The notes under the pieces were generated by a model, which saw only the letters and a list, made by a program, of their open reading frames with translations, searched no databases and was not told the origin of the DNA. This document shows, one piece after another, positions 22,964 through 36,672 of a stretch of DNA of 64,000 nt. Position 1 is the first letter of the stretch, and every line of letters starts with the position of its first letter. The stretch is taken from assembly GCF_910592395.1 (NCBI RefSeq), contig NC_088308.1, positions 2,790,001-2,854,000 of the forward strand, read 5' to 3'. The stretch comes from Lineus longissimus. Taxonomy: Eukaryota. Made by a program: the position numbers and the translations under genes.

Positions 22964-25782
22964 ATTTTACAAGCTTGACGAAATAGCCCCTTGTTCATCT
23001 TTAAGGCCTCTTTGCCTGTTCAGAAGGGCTAAATCAATCGGGATAGCATGCTGTACATATGAATAGGTCAAGGTGACCTTAGGAGGTCCCCAAGGATATC
23101 ACGCAGGTGATTCAACAAGGCCATCTCAAGCAGAAATGTCCACACTGAAATCAATCAGTTACTCCAACTAGTTTCAGCATCATTAAGCCACGTATACTCA
23201 GCTCAGCATTCAGGTAACCTGTTGGTAATTATGTCTAAAATGCATTTCTAAAATGCATTTCTGGTTGAATGCGTTATTTCTGGTCGACTTCGCTATTTTG
23301 ATTAGATTGTTCAAGTGAAGGACATAATCATTGATCTAAAGTCTCAAGGAATGTCAGCATGTATTGACATTTTATCTGCTAAGAGAAGCATTGACAATTC
23401 CTGACAAGGAGAAAATCGACTAATTAAGGTAAACACTAGAGAGGTATAATTGAGTTCTCAACAAGATTCAGGCAAGACTGCATCTTTAAAGTCAAACATT
23501 AGTTAACCGAGGCAATCTTAAGCAGCTTTCAACCTCTTCATAGATGCAGAAATGTCATTTCAACCAACAAGTCCTTCTCTTTGTCATTTTTAATCTGGCG
23601 AATTACGAATCTCCTTTCTCTATTTTCTCGTATCGCAAAATCTCTGGAAAAAAATGCCTGCAAGAAATTTGCGGTTAGCAGTAACTTAGCATCCTGATGA
23701 CAGGTTGGTGTGATTAGATTCATTAGGGAGAACCATGAATGCTATCATGTGGTGGGAATGGTGCCTTAGAGGCGTGCTCATTAGTAGCTGTAACCAGGGA
23801 GCCTCTCCAACAGCATTTAGTCAGGAACAGGGACGGGAGCGTCCGTGCATGCTAATTGAAGGGTGCCGAGGTGAAGCGAGGACCATTACCCAAGAGGGGA
23901 AAGTAGCCACTCAAAGGTACAGAGAAGTTCTGATAACGAAGCAGTTCTTGATCTGACCAATACAGAGGAAAAACCTCAGAAGTTTTAGCTATTGAATGGG
24001 AAAAAATATGAAATGCACAGGCACAATGCCAGTTCTCTTTGCTCATTTCTGCCAACCATCAAATTTTCGTGAATCTCAAAACTAATAGCTGTGAAAATCT
24101 TATGGTTAGAGATTACCATTGGATACACAACTAGCATGTTAGCCACAGATCCCCACCAAATACCTCTTTCAAAGAGCAATATCAACTGACACCAAACCTG
24201 CCAGACAAGAGATCAAACCTTCACCACGTGCAACCAAAGACATTTTTAATACCAGTCTGAACATTTGAGCATGGCAGCAACCCTTGATGCAACTCTGAAC
24301 ATGACACAAACATCATTATAACTTCGTGAAATGAAAGTGGAACATTTTTGCAAACTGATCCACCAGAAATCTTAAGATGAATTAGATGAAGATGCAAACG
24401 TTGCAAATCTCTCCTCTGCTTTGGAAAGAAATGTGCCATAATTGGACCGAAGTGTTGCTAATTTATCAAAGAGGAACTGAAGACAACTCAACAAGGAGAA
24501 AATCAGCACCGATGGTTTGAAGTAACGAGAGCTTTGATGTCTGAATTGGTTACTTCGGGGAGAAGATGCAGAATCAGATGCAAAAAAGAAGAAGCAGTGA
24601 ACAGAATTTTACTTAAGGTTGATTAAGGAGAGACTAGCAAACGGATAGGAATTGGTTATAGCTCCAAGAGTAGATCTCAGTTTCATTTGACAGTGACGTT
24701 GGGAGAAGAGATCACACTTGAAGAACCCTAGAAAAAACACCATCGGATTAAGAGTGGCCATGAAACTTGGAAATCAGATCAAATTGAGTAAGATTGGAAT
24801 TAAATCCACCCAATGACAGGACTCCATGATTGGTGCCTGATCTATTACAGAGAGGTAAACAGAGACAGCATTTACTCAGTAAATGAGGATGTAATTACGA
24901 GATGATAGATGGGATGAAAGCACATCCGAACTAAATTGCGATATATCCGTCATTCTAGATTGTATGTCATTTCCACCACAAGGAAAAGGAGTTTGATACA
25001 CTTTTGCTTAAGGTGATGGTTCAGAGAGTAATGATCATGTTTTCATTGAGTAAGCTGTAACAGTCTACGAGTCCTTGGTACATTCCATTGAAATACTCAT
25101 TATTCAAGAGCCGCATTGAAGATACTCATTACGGGAGAGTGGCTGGTGATATTTGTTGCCAACTGTGAGCGGTGTGAAAGTCTTTAGTTTCGAGATGGTT
25201 GCAAAATGGATGTTGGAGACAATGTCTACATTGGTCTCTACATTGTCAGATTACCCTTTGACAAGACAATTCACCATGACTGTGGATTTAACATGATTTA
25301 CAAGTCTGAAAACCCAGAAACCACATTTTTGAGTAACCACCACACATGAAAATTATGATACGATACGATAAAGTACTTTACCAACTTTGAAAATGTTCTA
25401 TATAAACCATGACTTTTGCTCAGATTAGTGCTGACATCCTATAATTCCTTTGATGATGAATATAAATTTAGTCAGGTTTGCTAAAAATGACACACCTGTT
25501 TGACTTGAAAGCATATTGTGCGTAAATAGCCAAAAGCATGTCTGCCTATTTTCGATCCCCACGCAAAATATCAAATTACCACTCAATTATACTTTGGTCT
25601 GACAACATGTACTTCAGATCGCTATTACAAAGCCCGACAGTGTAACACTGATTTATAAATATACCAGTATATGCAACACACCAATACAGGTGATCAATAT
25701 CACTTTAAGGTGTCTTTAGAATTGGACAGCTTCAGATGAGTAGACTAGAGCATGGACTACGCCCAGCTTGGAATAGAGAGGA

Positions 25783-25853
25783 AGTGCAGTAGCACAGTGG
25801 AAAAGTGTCGGACTTGGGATTGGGAAGTCATGGGTTTGAGTCTTGGCCAGGGC
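25783..25853 (+). mobile_element. Decayed tRNA-derived SINE head (or tRNA pseudogene)
   Basis: Pol III A box TAGCACAGTGG (25790-25800) and degenerate B box GGTTTGAGTCT (25833-25843) at tRNA-like spacing. Several deviations look like CpG decay (GTTCGA to GTTTGA). No intact cloverleaf seen. Confidence 0.5.
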
Positions 25854-26945
25854 TACTCGGAACATCAAACTGGTCTGAAATAGTGAAATGGCGAAACGTA
25901 ATGCTGTATGTGTGCTCCATGGTTTCCCAAGAAAGATTTCTGGATTTTTTTATTAAATATGAGCTGCTGCTGGACAGAGTCATGTTTTTCTTAGCAATTC
26001 AAATTAGGTTGGTGTTGAACAATATCAAAACGAGTGATTGCTGGCTTTACCTGCAGACGAGAGATCTTTTTGTTGCAGCATGATGATAATCGCAGGACGC
26101 AGCGTGCTTGTTTGCACAGAAGAGCAGAACATGAAACACTAACAGTTCCTCCAAGGCCACATATCAGTTTTATGTCCAACCCTGTCTGAGGCAAGTTTCC
26201 CATCCCATCAAGACCCAAGGTCTACAAACATTATCTGCAATGTGGGTAGCGCTTGTGGAAATACAGCTTGAGAAAGGCATTCCACCAGAATTGCCTCATG
26301 TTATGGTTAGACCAGGTGTGTAGCCATGGTAAATTGTCTTGTGGCATGTTTGGGATAGCTTGCCCAGCTAAACCAGTGTGAATCATGCCGTGGGGGTGAG
26401 GCAAGATCAAATACTTCAAACTCTCGTGCGCTGTAATGATCAAATCTGCAATCTGCGTCCAAGGTCTCTAGTAAGGTATACTTGTACATGTTGTTCCAAC
26501 TACAGGGACTGACTAAGGTTTCTCCATACAGTCATGGTCTTCCTTAAGTCGCACACTTTCAGTTGTCATTTCCCAAGGAAAAAAAACTTATATTACGATG
26601 GTGTTAAGATGCAGTAGGCGTATCTTACCATTATTAGCAAAGCAGATTTATTAGAAAACCACGCCGTACAGCTTACAAAGCAAAGCTGTGGTGTGAATTT
26701 GAAAAAAGTCCCATCGTCCCATACAAAATACATCACCTCATTACTAGGATGGGAGCGTGAGGTACCCCATGGGACGCCAGCATCCAAATACGAGATTTGC
26801 CAAACTGAGTTGATCATATTGATTTAGGGGATGTACCATGGTCAAAAAGACGGGTAGAAGTTGCATCCGTGACAACCTAACCTGATACCCAACAATTCCT
26901 ATACCAACAACAACTGACAGGTCTACATCAGAATATTTCTAGTGG

Positions 26946-26959
26946 GTATCCATGGTAAC
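26946..26959. promoter_or_regulatory. RFX X-box-like motif GTATCCATGGTAAC
   Basis: Near-consensus X-box about 130 bp upstream (minus strand) of an ATG-initiated frame that ends at a phase-0 donor. Confidence 0.35.
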
Positions 26960-29900
26960 GCTCTTATTACACAGATGTGGCAGAAAAATACACTGAGTGG
27001 ATACAAGAGAAAGATCGAGCAAAGTGTAAATGTTGGTAAGAGGGAGTTGAAATGAAGAGAAAGACTGGTAGCCTTAATTGCGTGCCATGCTGGACAAGTT
27101 TAAGGGTCACTAACTGGGAAAGAAAAATTTTTTACTTGTTTTCTGCAAAAAATGGTTTCCAATAAAACTCTTCCTATATTCTTCACAATCAACCATTTTG
27201 GCGAGATGAAAGCCGCCTATTGTGCGATTTCATGACAGCAGATATTATCGTATTCACCCTGAGGGCAAATGTGGGTTCATTGAAAATACATAATTATTCA
27301 TAATTCATTATGGATTTCAATGGTTTTTATGTAAATACTACAAAGCGTGTCGAATAATACTGATCAGGAAGTCACATGATAATACGATATTCATGAGAAT
27401 GACTTGAGGAAATTTGTTTAACTTCTAATTCTTCATAAATGGTTTTTATAAACATTCACAGCAATAATCTATTTGAGGCATACTCTTAATCTGAACTTAG
27501 ATACATTGATCAAAATTTAACTGGTAATATTCTAGTTAAACCTAAATTGGTGAATTCGAGCCAATAACATGACTTCAAATATCTCTCGCAAGACCTGTTT
27601 TTGTATTCAATCAAATCATGTTGAAAACACATCCCCACAAAAATGTCTCATTATTAAAATAGTGATCTTGGAGAGGCAACATGACATCCAATTTTCCTAG
27701 CGATGTTTTGATATGACGACTTAAGTTGTAGTGTATGTACATCACTGCGCATTCCATATATAAGCTTACAAGAGCATAGATTAGTAGCAGAAATAGTCAA
27801 TTGGTCAATTCCTGATTTACTCATTAGGCCTATATTATAACATGACCTAGATTTAATTGCGTATCAGACATGCAATGGCACACTGCGCAATGTTCAAGTG
27901 AGTCTTTGTTATTCACAAAATCCAAGGAAATTGGCTACAAAAGTTTAGCAGCGCCTAAATTCTGATGAGACATATCACAGCATTAAAAGCCATTACTTGC
28001 CTTCTTTATGTCTTTAAGATATGTGACAGGTGCTTTTCTGATGAGTTAAGGAGAAATGATGGGAAGATACGAATTATTTATAGGAATCTCGGCAACCGAT
28101 CGATCGAAACTGAGATGATAACGTCAAAGATCAACATCATATCCAACGAATGGGATGCCTCACTCTTCTCAGGAATTTTATCGAGAAAAAGAAGAAGATG
28201 GAGAAATATCGAATTTTTATTCAAGTGTGATATTGGCAGCCATTCCGACTATCAAAACCTCGACTAGCTGTCAAGTATTTAAGTAAAAGTACTGAATTGA
28301 GAAGATATAGGAATTCTTGGGTTAAGTCAGGTGTGATATCAAGCATCCCAGCAAAAAATTCAGGTTTCACCATAACTAGACCAACGGTGAAGTTCAACAT
28401 TCGAAGTTCGAAGAAAATTACATCATGTCAAGTATCTAATGTTTTTTAATCTAAAATACCGTATGAAGCGAAAATCGCCTCAAGATATTCAAAATGTCAA
28501 CCAATGTCAAGATTATTTACAATGTGCATCTTCTCTATAAGCTAAGATGACAGACAAACTTCTCATAGTGCTTTGTACTTCGTACTGTCTGACTTCTTTC
28601 AATAATGTCAATATCGTAGCATCACCCTTAAAGCATCAACAGCAAAATCATTGTCAATTCAAAAGACACGAACTTAAAGATTTTTATGAATACCACAGTA
28701 TTACACACTGTACACAGAGACAGTAGCAGAAATCAATAAACATGAGAAATCTTGAATCTGCACTCGCAAAACCACTGATAACCGGATGGTTTACATGAGT
28801 TTCTCAGTCACCGGTATTGATTGTGTGTAAAGGTGGAGGGTAATCAGTGATGGGTTATGACGATGTGTGTCAAAGAACATGCATTAGGAGTAGGATTATC
28901 GACAACTCCTTTGTCTTGGTTGCACTATTATACGTGTCTGATTTGGGAACCTCACAGCCAAAAGGGGAGCATTCCCTTCGGTGATAACCTTCAAATTATT
29001 CACAAGGTCAATCATCTTGAATTGAACCCTGTGACAATTTTATCGAATTTTGCTGATCCCAGCACACAAGGTAATAACATCAGGTATAAGTCATTCATAT
29101 GACATGCTCATATAACTGAATTTCAAAGAAACACAATGCATTGAATGCTATGACAGTGACAATGATATTGACACAAGAGTCAAGCTGCTTATGCTCGAAG
29201 ACTGCTGGAGCGGATACCCAAACAAAAGACCTGCCATAATACTGTCCAGACACACAGCTGATATTGTCAGACTCTTGAAACTGGTGTTTCATTGATTTCT
29301 GATGATTACATGACATCTCAATTTCATCATTAAGTTATGATGATATATCCAAATTGATTTAATGACATCAGGAGATCCAAATGGTTGTCTCCAAGATGCA
29401 GAATACCATAGCGCACAAATCTGTCAAGACTATTCAATTCACCTTGTCAGAAACACAATGTTTCTAAACAAACACCAATGACGCAGGCAAAAACTGAAAG
29501 TATCCGCCTTTTTTCCTCACAGCAGTATTCGAAACCGAAAAATATGATTGCTCCCAGCTCTTGCCACCAGGAACACTTGATATTAGTGGAGATGGTGATC
29601 ATCGCCTTCTACAAGCCGGAGTGGATAAAAAGATTCCTTGCAGCATTTCTGACTCATTTCTAGCAGAATCAGGCGGTAAAGCACTAGCCATATCACTTGT
29701 ATCATATTCCCTATGGGTAGAGTTCTAGATAGCATCGCTTTCTTCAACAGAAATTTCGCACGTGGACTATGCAATAGCTTGGCAATGCATTCACGCACAG
29801 CAAGAACAACCTCTCTTTCCAAGCAGCAGAAAATATGCTGAGGGGCTCAGAGCTGGGCATCTTTAATATGCCCATTTATTAACTAATTTACAGCTAAATG

Positions 29901-32900
29901 GGTAATATTGGCAATATTATTATGAGAGCTTTGATCTTGACTGCATCCACTCATTCATTAATTGTATGGTGAATCTGCATAAGTCCCATCACCAAACCCC
30001 TCTCACAGCCTCATACAATTTCAAAGCAATCCTTTCATCTCGTCTTACAGAGAGATATAGAGCAATAGGCTTGTCTCACATCATGACAATAGCATTACCA
30101 ACATACTCAGACATATGACATCCAACTCTGATGACCTTGACCGGCTTACACGAGGAAATTAACTTTTTGATTACCTATGTATTCTGGTCGCTTCTATGGA
30201 GAGGGAGAGACCATTTGATCTGGCTGGAGACAATGACCAGATCCAATCTATTCTGATCAGGGAGACAACACTGCATTGATCTTCCCACCAAATAGAGTAG
30301 GATCAGTCCAATAGCTTTGGGTACTTAGTTGACAGTACGAGAAGGAGTCTGGGCAAGATAAAGATCAGTGTTGAGAGAAGATACTTCTTCACTGCTTAAG
30401 GCTTCTATTTGTGTCTAACTCATCAGTTTGGCCAGAGACACAAAATGTGGTTAAGGAGGGAGTTTTGATGACAAAACTTTGCAATCCTTATGAATCCCCT
30501 ACAGCTCATGTCGATTCATTTGCATTTTCATCAGTCTTCACACATTAAACAGTGGCAAGTCATCTGGACCTTTCAAGAATAACGGCCACTTTCACCATTC
30601 AGATCACTTTGCCGTCCACTCGGAAAATGCACAAAATCAACAGAAGCTGAAAAAATACAATCAGTTCCTAGTCATGTTCAACCATTAGAAAATCGCATAC
30701 CTTTCCACTCCAGTCGCTCATAAACCATGAGTGGTAAAAAGGTGGCCACTCAAACTCAAGCAACAAGAGTTTCCTCTCGAATGCCGCCAGAATCCAATAT
30801 TACTGACCAGCTATCATTAGGCCAAGAAATTAGCCTGTTATGTTGGATGGAGGTAAAGTAGCGCAACAGGAGAATACTAATGCTACAGGAATCCCACAGC
30901 AGGGAAGGTAAAAGGTTTGTCAGAAAGTCCATTAGTGAGTCTGTGACAGTTCAGTAAGAGCTTTCAGTGAGCCCATTTGGTGGATGATTAGAAAATTATG
31001 CCCTTTATGTTTAGAGAGGCCATCCAACATAAAATTCCCTTCGTGATCATGAGAGGCTTCCCAACCATCACAAACATGGCACAAAAGTCTCTGTGTCCTC
31101 GATGCATGCGCGGGCCAAGTATTTTTGTTGCTGTTCCCTGAGTTACCACTCCAAAGCTCACAGAACCTGTTGCACACAACATCCCCATCTCAAGTTTGCC
31201 AATACCCTAATCTCTCTAAAACTGTTAGGCACATTGCCACTTCCCTGGCTTAGAATGATGAGGCTCCCGGGAACTTTGGTATGTTAGGAAATGATAATCC
31301 ATGTTGATCTTGATCGACTAGGGCATTGGGACAGGGTGAGTCAACCGATGATGCTTCAATAGCTGTCAGATGTGGAGATTTGGGTAACCAACTGAAACGG
31401 AGCACATTACACTGTGGATGACAAAATGTCAATGCGCATCGAAATCTGCACAAAGAATGTTGCTAAAAGTTGCAGTGATTTGAGCAACTAATGCATTGCT
31501 TTCAGATGACACACTCTGGCAATTGAGACTGTTTTTTACATGTGAGACTGTACATTGATGTACAGCATCTCTGGGCAAGTAAAGCTGATTTGAGGTTGTG
31601 GAGATTGAATGCAGCAGACTGACACTGTATAGAGGTTTCTACAGAGCAGCATTCTCTGCAAAAACACTGATGTAGATTCTGAACCAATGCTTCTTATCAA
31701 TATGTACTTGAGTCTGGTCAGCCAATTCACTGACATGGAGTACAATGCAGTTGGAAGCAAATGTACCCTTGTAGGGGTTTCCACGCACCATTCTCATAAA
31801 TCACGCACAGATCCATCGACCGGCAGAAAACCAACAAAGCCACCGAATCAATGATGGAGAGGATGATCAATCTATATCTTCAGTAGAAACTAAGGAAAAT
31901 GCACGAACTGCTAAGACAAATATGGGTATTTCTTTAACCACTGGGGAAGAGTAAGACTTGTGAGAATCGATGACATCTATGTAACAGATGAGGGAGAGTC
32001 TTAGCGCTGGGGAGTTTTCGTGAATCCCTGAAATGCCAACACGAACATCTGTCTCATCGTTTGACATTCTTGTCACGATATCAAACATCAGGATAGACAT
32101 CACCAGGGTCATTCAAATCATGTTAAGCTCTTTAATATCCTGTATTTTTTGTAAACAACAGCCGTTGTTACCAGCGCTCCTCTCCAAGAACAGGTGCACA
32201 ATATTCCTTAAATACCAGAGTACCTTTTTAAAACTATGATATATCATATCATATGCCGGGTTATTGTCTTAATTTGATATATCAAAACTCTGGTACCTTT
32301 CTAGGCCAATTGATGAACAACAGGTTAAGTAAGAAATATGAGACAGGGTATATCAGTGGATTCGTGGTTGCACATAATCAACATCATGAAAGCTGAAAAA
32401 ACAATACAAGCCACATTCAACCTGGAAGGGAAATCCACACTAACGCATTATTCAACTTGGGGAAGGATTTAATTCTCTTTCAATCAAGTTCAAGTCTCTG
32501 TCCATTGATCAAAATCTTTCAACTACCTATTTTCTGGGTTTTCTTGAATCTGGTAAACCAACTTGCCGAGTTGCCCTCGGCCAAAGGTCCACATAGTGGA
32601 GCATGGAGAAATGGGGAGGTAATTGGTTAGTAGCATATATAGTTATTGTCTGTATGCAGCTCACCCTTTCTTAAAATTTTAAATACTCACAAAATGGAAA
32701 AACAGGAAGCAACACTGAAAGATACCAAAACTACACTGCACAGTAAGAAGCACATTCCTTAACATAATCCAGCAAATTAGGAATATGACAATCGGATGGC
32801 TTGAGCGTGAAACCCAAATATATTCTATTTGAATATGGCTGGGGAAGGCCCTTGTGTAGACCATGAAACCTTAGATGGCAATGATGATGATGATAAATGC

Positions 32901-33826
32901 CTTATGCACATCAATCCCCCCCCCCACATACACAATCTTAAAAGGTTTTGAGCAAATACATTTTACAATTTACAATACAAGTATTTTTATTATAACTGAC
33001 ATCAGTCCTTGCCCTCATCATGGCAATATCTAGCGCCAAGTAAACAACAGAAAATAACCAGATCCTGGCCTCGTCAGACCTTAGTTGTTTTCTGGATAGT
33101 ATTTCTGAATTTAATCACAAACCAATCACCCAGCCTCCCCAGGGTTACACCCATTTGCCATAGCAACGACCAGACTCAAAGAATCCAATCTGATGGCAAC
33201 AAATTCAATATTTGTTGACATTTAACCGTAGGGTCAAGGATGTAAGTTTTTTTATGGCTTTGCATAAATTGCAACGGTGACGGGCACATCCTGAATTCAG
33301 AGAAAGACAGGGCGCATAAGTACCAGTAGGCTTTAGGGCTTAGCAAGGAGGAGTAACATATATGGTAATATTTCACTCTGTAGAGCAATAAAGTTAAAGC
33401 CAGATCAGGTTTGCTATCTGCTCAGTAAGCATGTCTGGGTTTATGATTTCAGTATAAACCTTCCATCTATACTTCGACTTAAATGACATCAAATACCTTA
33501 CTTGGAGAGATATCAATGATGATATTCATTTCAAAGGCTGTCATGCCACCCTTTTGGAATAGGCAACAAAGATACAACCAGTGTAAATAATTCTTCTTGG
33601 TTTTCAAGTACTTTAAATATTTTAATATTAATACGGATCACGTGACAAGAAAATTTTTCGAGATTGATTTAACTTGGGTACCACGAACAAGCCATCTGTG
33701 CTAAACTTACAATGTATGCTTTTCAACGAGAAAGGGACTCTGACAAACAGACAACAAAAACAAGTTAGAAATGAATGGAATGAAATAAAGACTATACTTA
33801 GTTTCGAGTAATACCTTTGTACTTAC

Positions 33827-34039
33827 TGTCTGTTGTTCTACACCATTTGCTACTGTGACAGGTTGTGCTGTGAACGTTTGGTCTGGTTTGAAAGGCTGTG
33901 TCTGGTCTGGTTGTTGTGGTTGTTGTTGTTGTTGTTGTGGTGGAGGCGCTGTCGCCGTCGGCGTGGGTTGATAGTCCTCTAACCCAGGCTGTTGGGGGAA
34001 CTGTGGGTATGTGGGGGTCATCTGATTCTGCACCATGTG
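33827..34039 (-). CDS. Rbfox: Rbfox N-terminal low-complexity Q/P/T-rich exon, 213 nt: HMVQNQMTPTYPQFPQQPG...PPPQQQQQQPQQPDQT...NGVEQQT
   Basis: Acceptor tttgttttgcattttgcag|CAC, donor ACA|gtaagt; 71 codons with no stop, phase 0-0, in frame with 21216-21347. Composition is typical of Fox-1 N-termini. Confidence 0.88.
33911..33943 (-). repeat. Coding CAA/CCA trinucleotide repeat (PP-Q6-P-QQ)
   Basis: Plus strand (TTG)2 TGG (TTG)6 (TGG)2 inside the N-terminal exon. Confidence 0.9.
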
Positions 34040-36451
34040 CTGCAAAATGCAAAACAAATGAACAATCAGTGATGATCAGATAGGATGGAACCCTTTGATA
34101 TGAAGCTGCAGAGGTGGCCATTGAGAGCCATAAACACCTCGATATGCCATGCTGAGGCTTTCAATGGTGTACTCAGACTGGTACAACTGTCATCCATCTG
34201 CATGAGCAACAGACTCCTGTCCCACCCGTATCACTTTCTTATACCTTTATGTATCTCGACCACAAAGGTTTTTACATCTCGTTAATTCAAACTCTATATT
34301 CAAAAGGACTATAAAACCATGAGAGTCAGGATGCCTTGTATAACAAATGTATCATTGGACCAGCAAATCACTTTCAACCAATCAGCACCCAGAGCACAAC
34401 GTGACCCTTCATTGGCTCGTAAAACTTCCATGGTCGCTAAAAGACTGGTCAATTTGACGTTGGCATTCAGACTTCATCCTAGATAAACTGCCCGATTAAT
34501 AACATCACTAAATGCCGCGGCCCATCGTTACAAGATATAACTGACACGAGCTGGCGATAATATGTAGATATAATTTCTACACTCTTCCCATCCCTTTGTC
34601 GGGGATGGAAAATGAAATTATGCATAATTTACGCAGAGATGCAGGTTCCATTAAACATGAAGGCTCCAAATTCCATTACCAGTAACTTGATAATTCTGCT
34701 GAAAAGAGACATGTCGTCTGCCATGTGAGAGGTTTGCTCATCACGTGATTTTGACCCGTCGGGCACTTTCATCGTGAGCAGAAGTAGAGGTTTTGATAGA
34801 CAAATATGATTATTGTAACTTCTGGCAATGAAATGCCAGAGAGCACACCCTTTGATAACTGGGCAAGGGATTTATTCAAATTAACTTACTATATTGTTGC
34901 CTTTGGCAAGTTACTTTACTTCTCTTGCCAAGACTATTGTGCAGATGAAATTCTAACTGATGTGAAAACCCTGGACTTGCCTCTCCTGCTAGTCACACTA
35001 TAGCTTTTGAAGCACAAAACATTTTGAAGGAAACAATGATACACTGGAATCCAGTAGAAACAATGATGTATGTACAAACCTTCGGATCCACAATCATATC
35101 CGAATGAATAAGTATATTCCTCTCCATTTCTAGTATGTTATGTATAAGAAATTCTGCCGTATATATGAAAATGCCGCCGTATATATGAATATGCCGAGTT
35201 AAATGTCGAGTAGTCAGCACAGTTAAAAGTTCCTGTAGGAAATGATGGCCTGACCTAGCTGTGAGCAATTATTATACCCTAATCTCTGTGCATTTTGTAA
35301 TTTCGATGACAAGTCATCAGCATCAGACCAATTTTGTACTAATTTCCCTCAAATTATACCCAGTAGAGAAACAATAGTGCTGGCATGGTATAATTGAAGA
35401 GTAAAGTGCACTGTGTACATAAAAGATTCATACACCATCGAACGTCAAAAATAAAGTGGTCAAGTCCCCTGATACCAGCATCTGGGACACTGGGAGATGC
35501 GGAACTGATGCTGGTCACACTTCTGATAAACCCAATTGTTAACATACATAAGGTTTGGTCATTTCCATCGTATCCCTAGACCAGATAATTGGCATTATAA
35601 TAACGATGCAATTACAATTGCACCCACATTTGGAAACTGTCATCTCCAGCATGGAGGTCAAATAGACAAGAGAACTGGTCAAACAATATGCAGCAATTAT
35701 CATAATGGCAGGGGGCAATTACGACTGGGATGCCATTCTTTGTGGTTCACACATATTGTATATGACTTTCTCATAACCTTCCATACCATCAGTTTGGATG
35801 ACCTGTGACCAATAGATCAAGTGAGATCAAATTACCAAACTTTAACATGAAGTCAAAGTATACGTTTCTTTTTGAATCACATGCGTTTACCAACAGTAAA
35901 CTTTGAGACATCATGTATATATGGAAGTTAGGCAGCATGAGTAGGAAGTGAGTTTGAAACAAGGCCTCTGGCATGTATGAGTGAAATCGTTCAAGTCCCA
36001 ACATCCCGAGTTTGAATGACAGACCTACATTGCATAGGATATGATGACATGTTACATTGCACACTCGGAAGATAATATGGAACACAATACATAATTCAAT
36101 TACCGTTGACTGGCGTTATATATTCACTATCCCAGCATTGGTAATGTATGTCAACAGAAAGTATACTACAATAACTGTCTAGCATGTCTAGCAATGCTTA
36201 ATGACCAACTGTCGAATTGATATCAAAGATTGTCTTTCCAAAATGCTGAACTCTTCACCATGGACTTGATCAGGATGACGATAGAGCAGAAACAGAATCC
36301 AATGTCGATCAATCTATCATGGACATCTCTATCTGGAGGACACCTTCTCCATCACAAATGTCAATGCCAACATGTCTTTAAGATATGAAATGTTCAGCTT
36401 TTACTCCAAAGGTTTCACACTACACCATAATTGGTGGAGCATGGCTCATAT

Positions 36452-36672
36452 GTGACCCGCTCTACCAAAACTAGGCGCTTGTCGCATCTGAACTTGCCAG
36501 GTTGATACGGACTTGTTGTTCATTTCCCTATTGTAGACCTTTTGTGAAATGTGACCAAATCAGTTTGTAATAGATTTCACAAAAGGTCTACAATAGGGAA
36601 ATGAACAACACGTCCGTATCAACCTGGCAAGTTCAGATGCGACAAGCACCTAGTTTTGGTAGAGCGAGTCAC
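36452..36672. mobile_element. 221-bp fold-back MITE, copy 2 (same family and orientation as copy 1)
   Basis: Same length, TIRs and spacer as 22743-22963; 4-bp target duplication ATAT/ATAT; flanks unrelated to those of copy 1. Confidence 0.92.

Larger units (their letters stand above)
4839..34039 (-). other. Rbfox: RBFOX/Fox-1 family RNA-binding protein gene, partial. Supported coding span join(complement 33827-34039, 21216-21347, 14812-14865, 4839-4931); the gene extends beyond this span on both sides.
   Basis: The four exons splice in frame through GT-AG introns (12479, 6350 and 9880 nt) and give ...[73 protein letters not shown]|, the characteristic RBFOX RRM. Confidence 0.96.

Noticed and set aside
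25783..25853. Functional tRNA gene
   Set aside because: B box is degenerate and I could not form acceptor or anticodon stems; kept only as a SINE-like relic.
33898..34083. Poly-Val ORF on plus and the overlapping poly-Thr ORF on minus
   Set aside because: Alternative-frame readings of the CAA repeat in the true exon.
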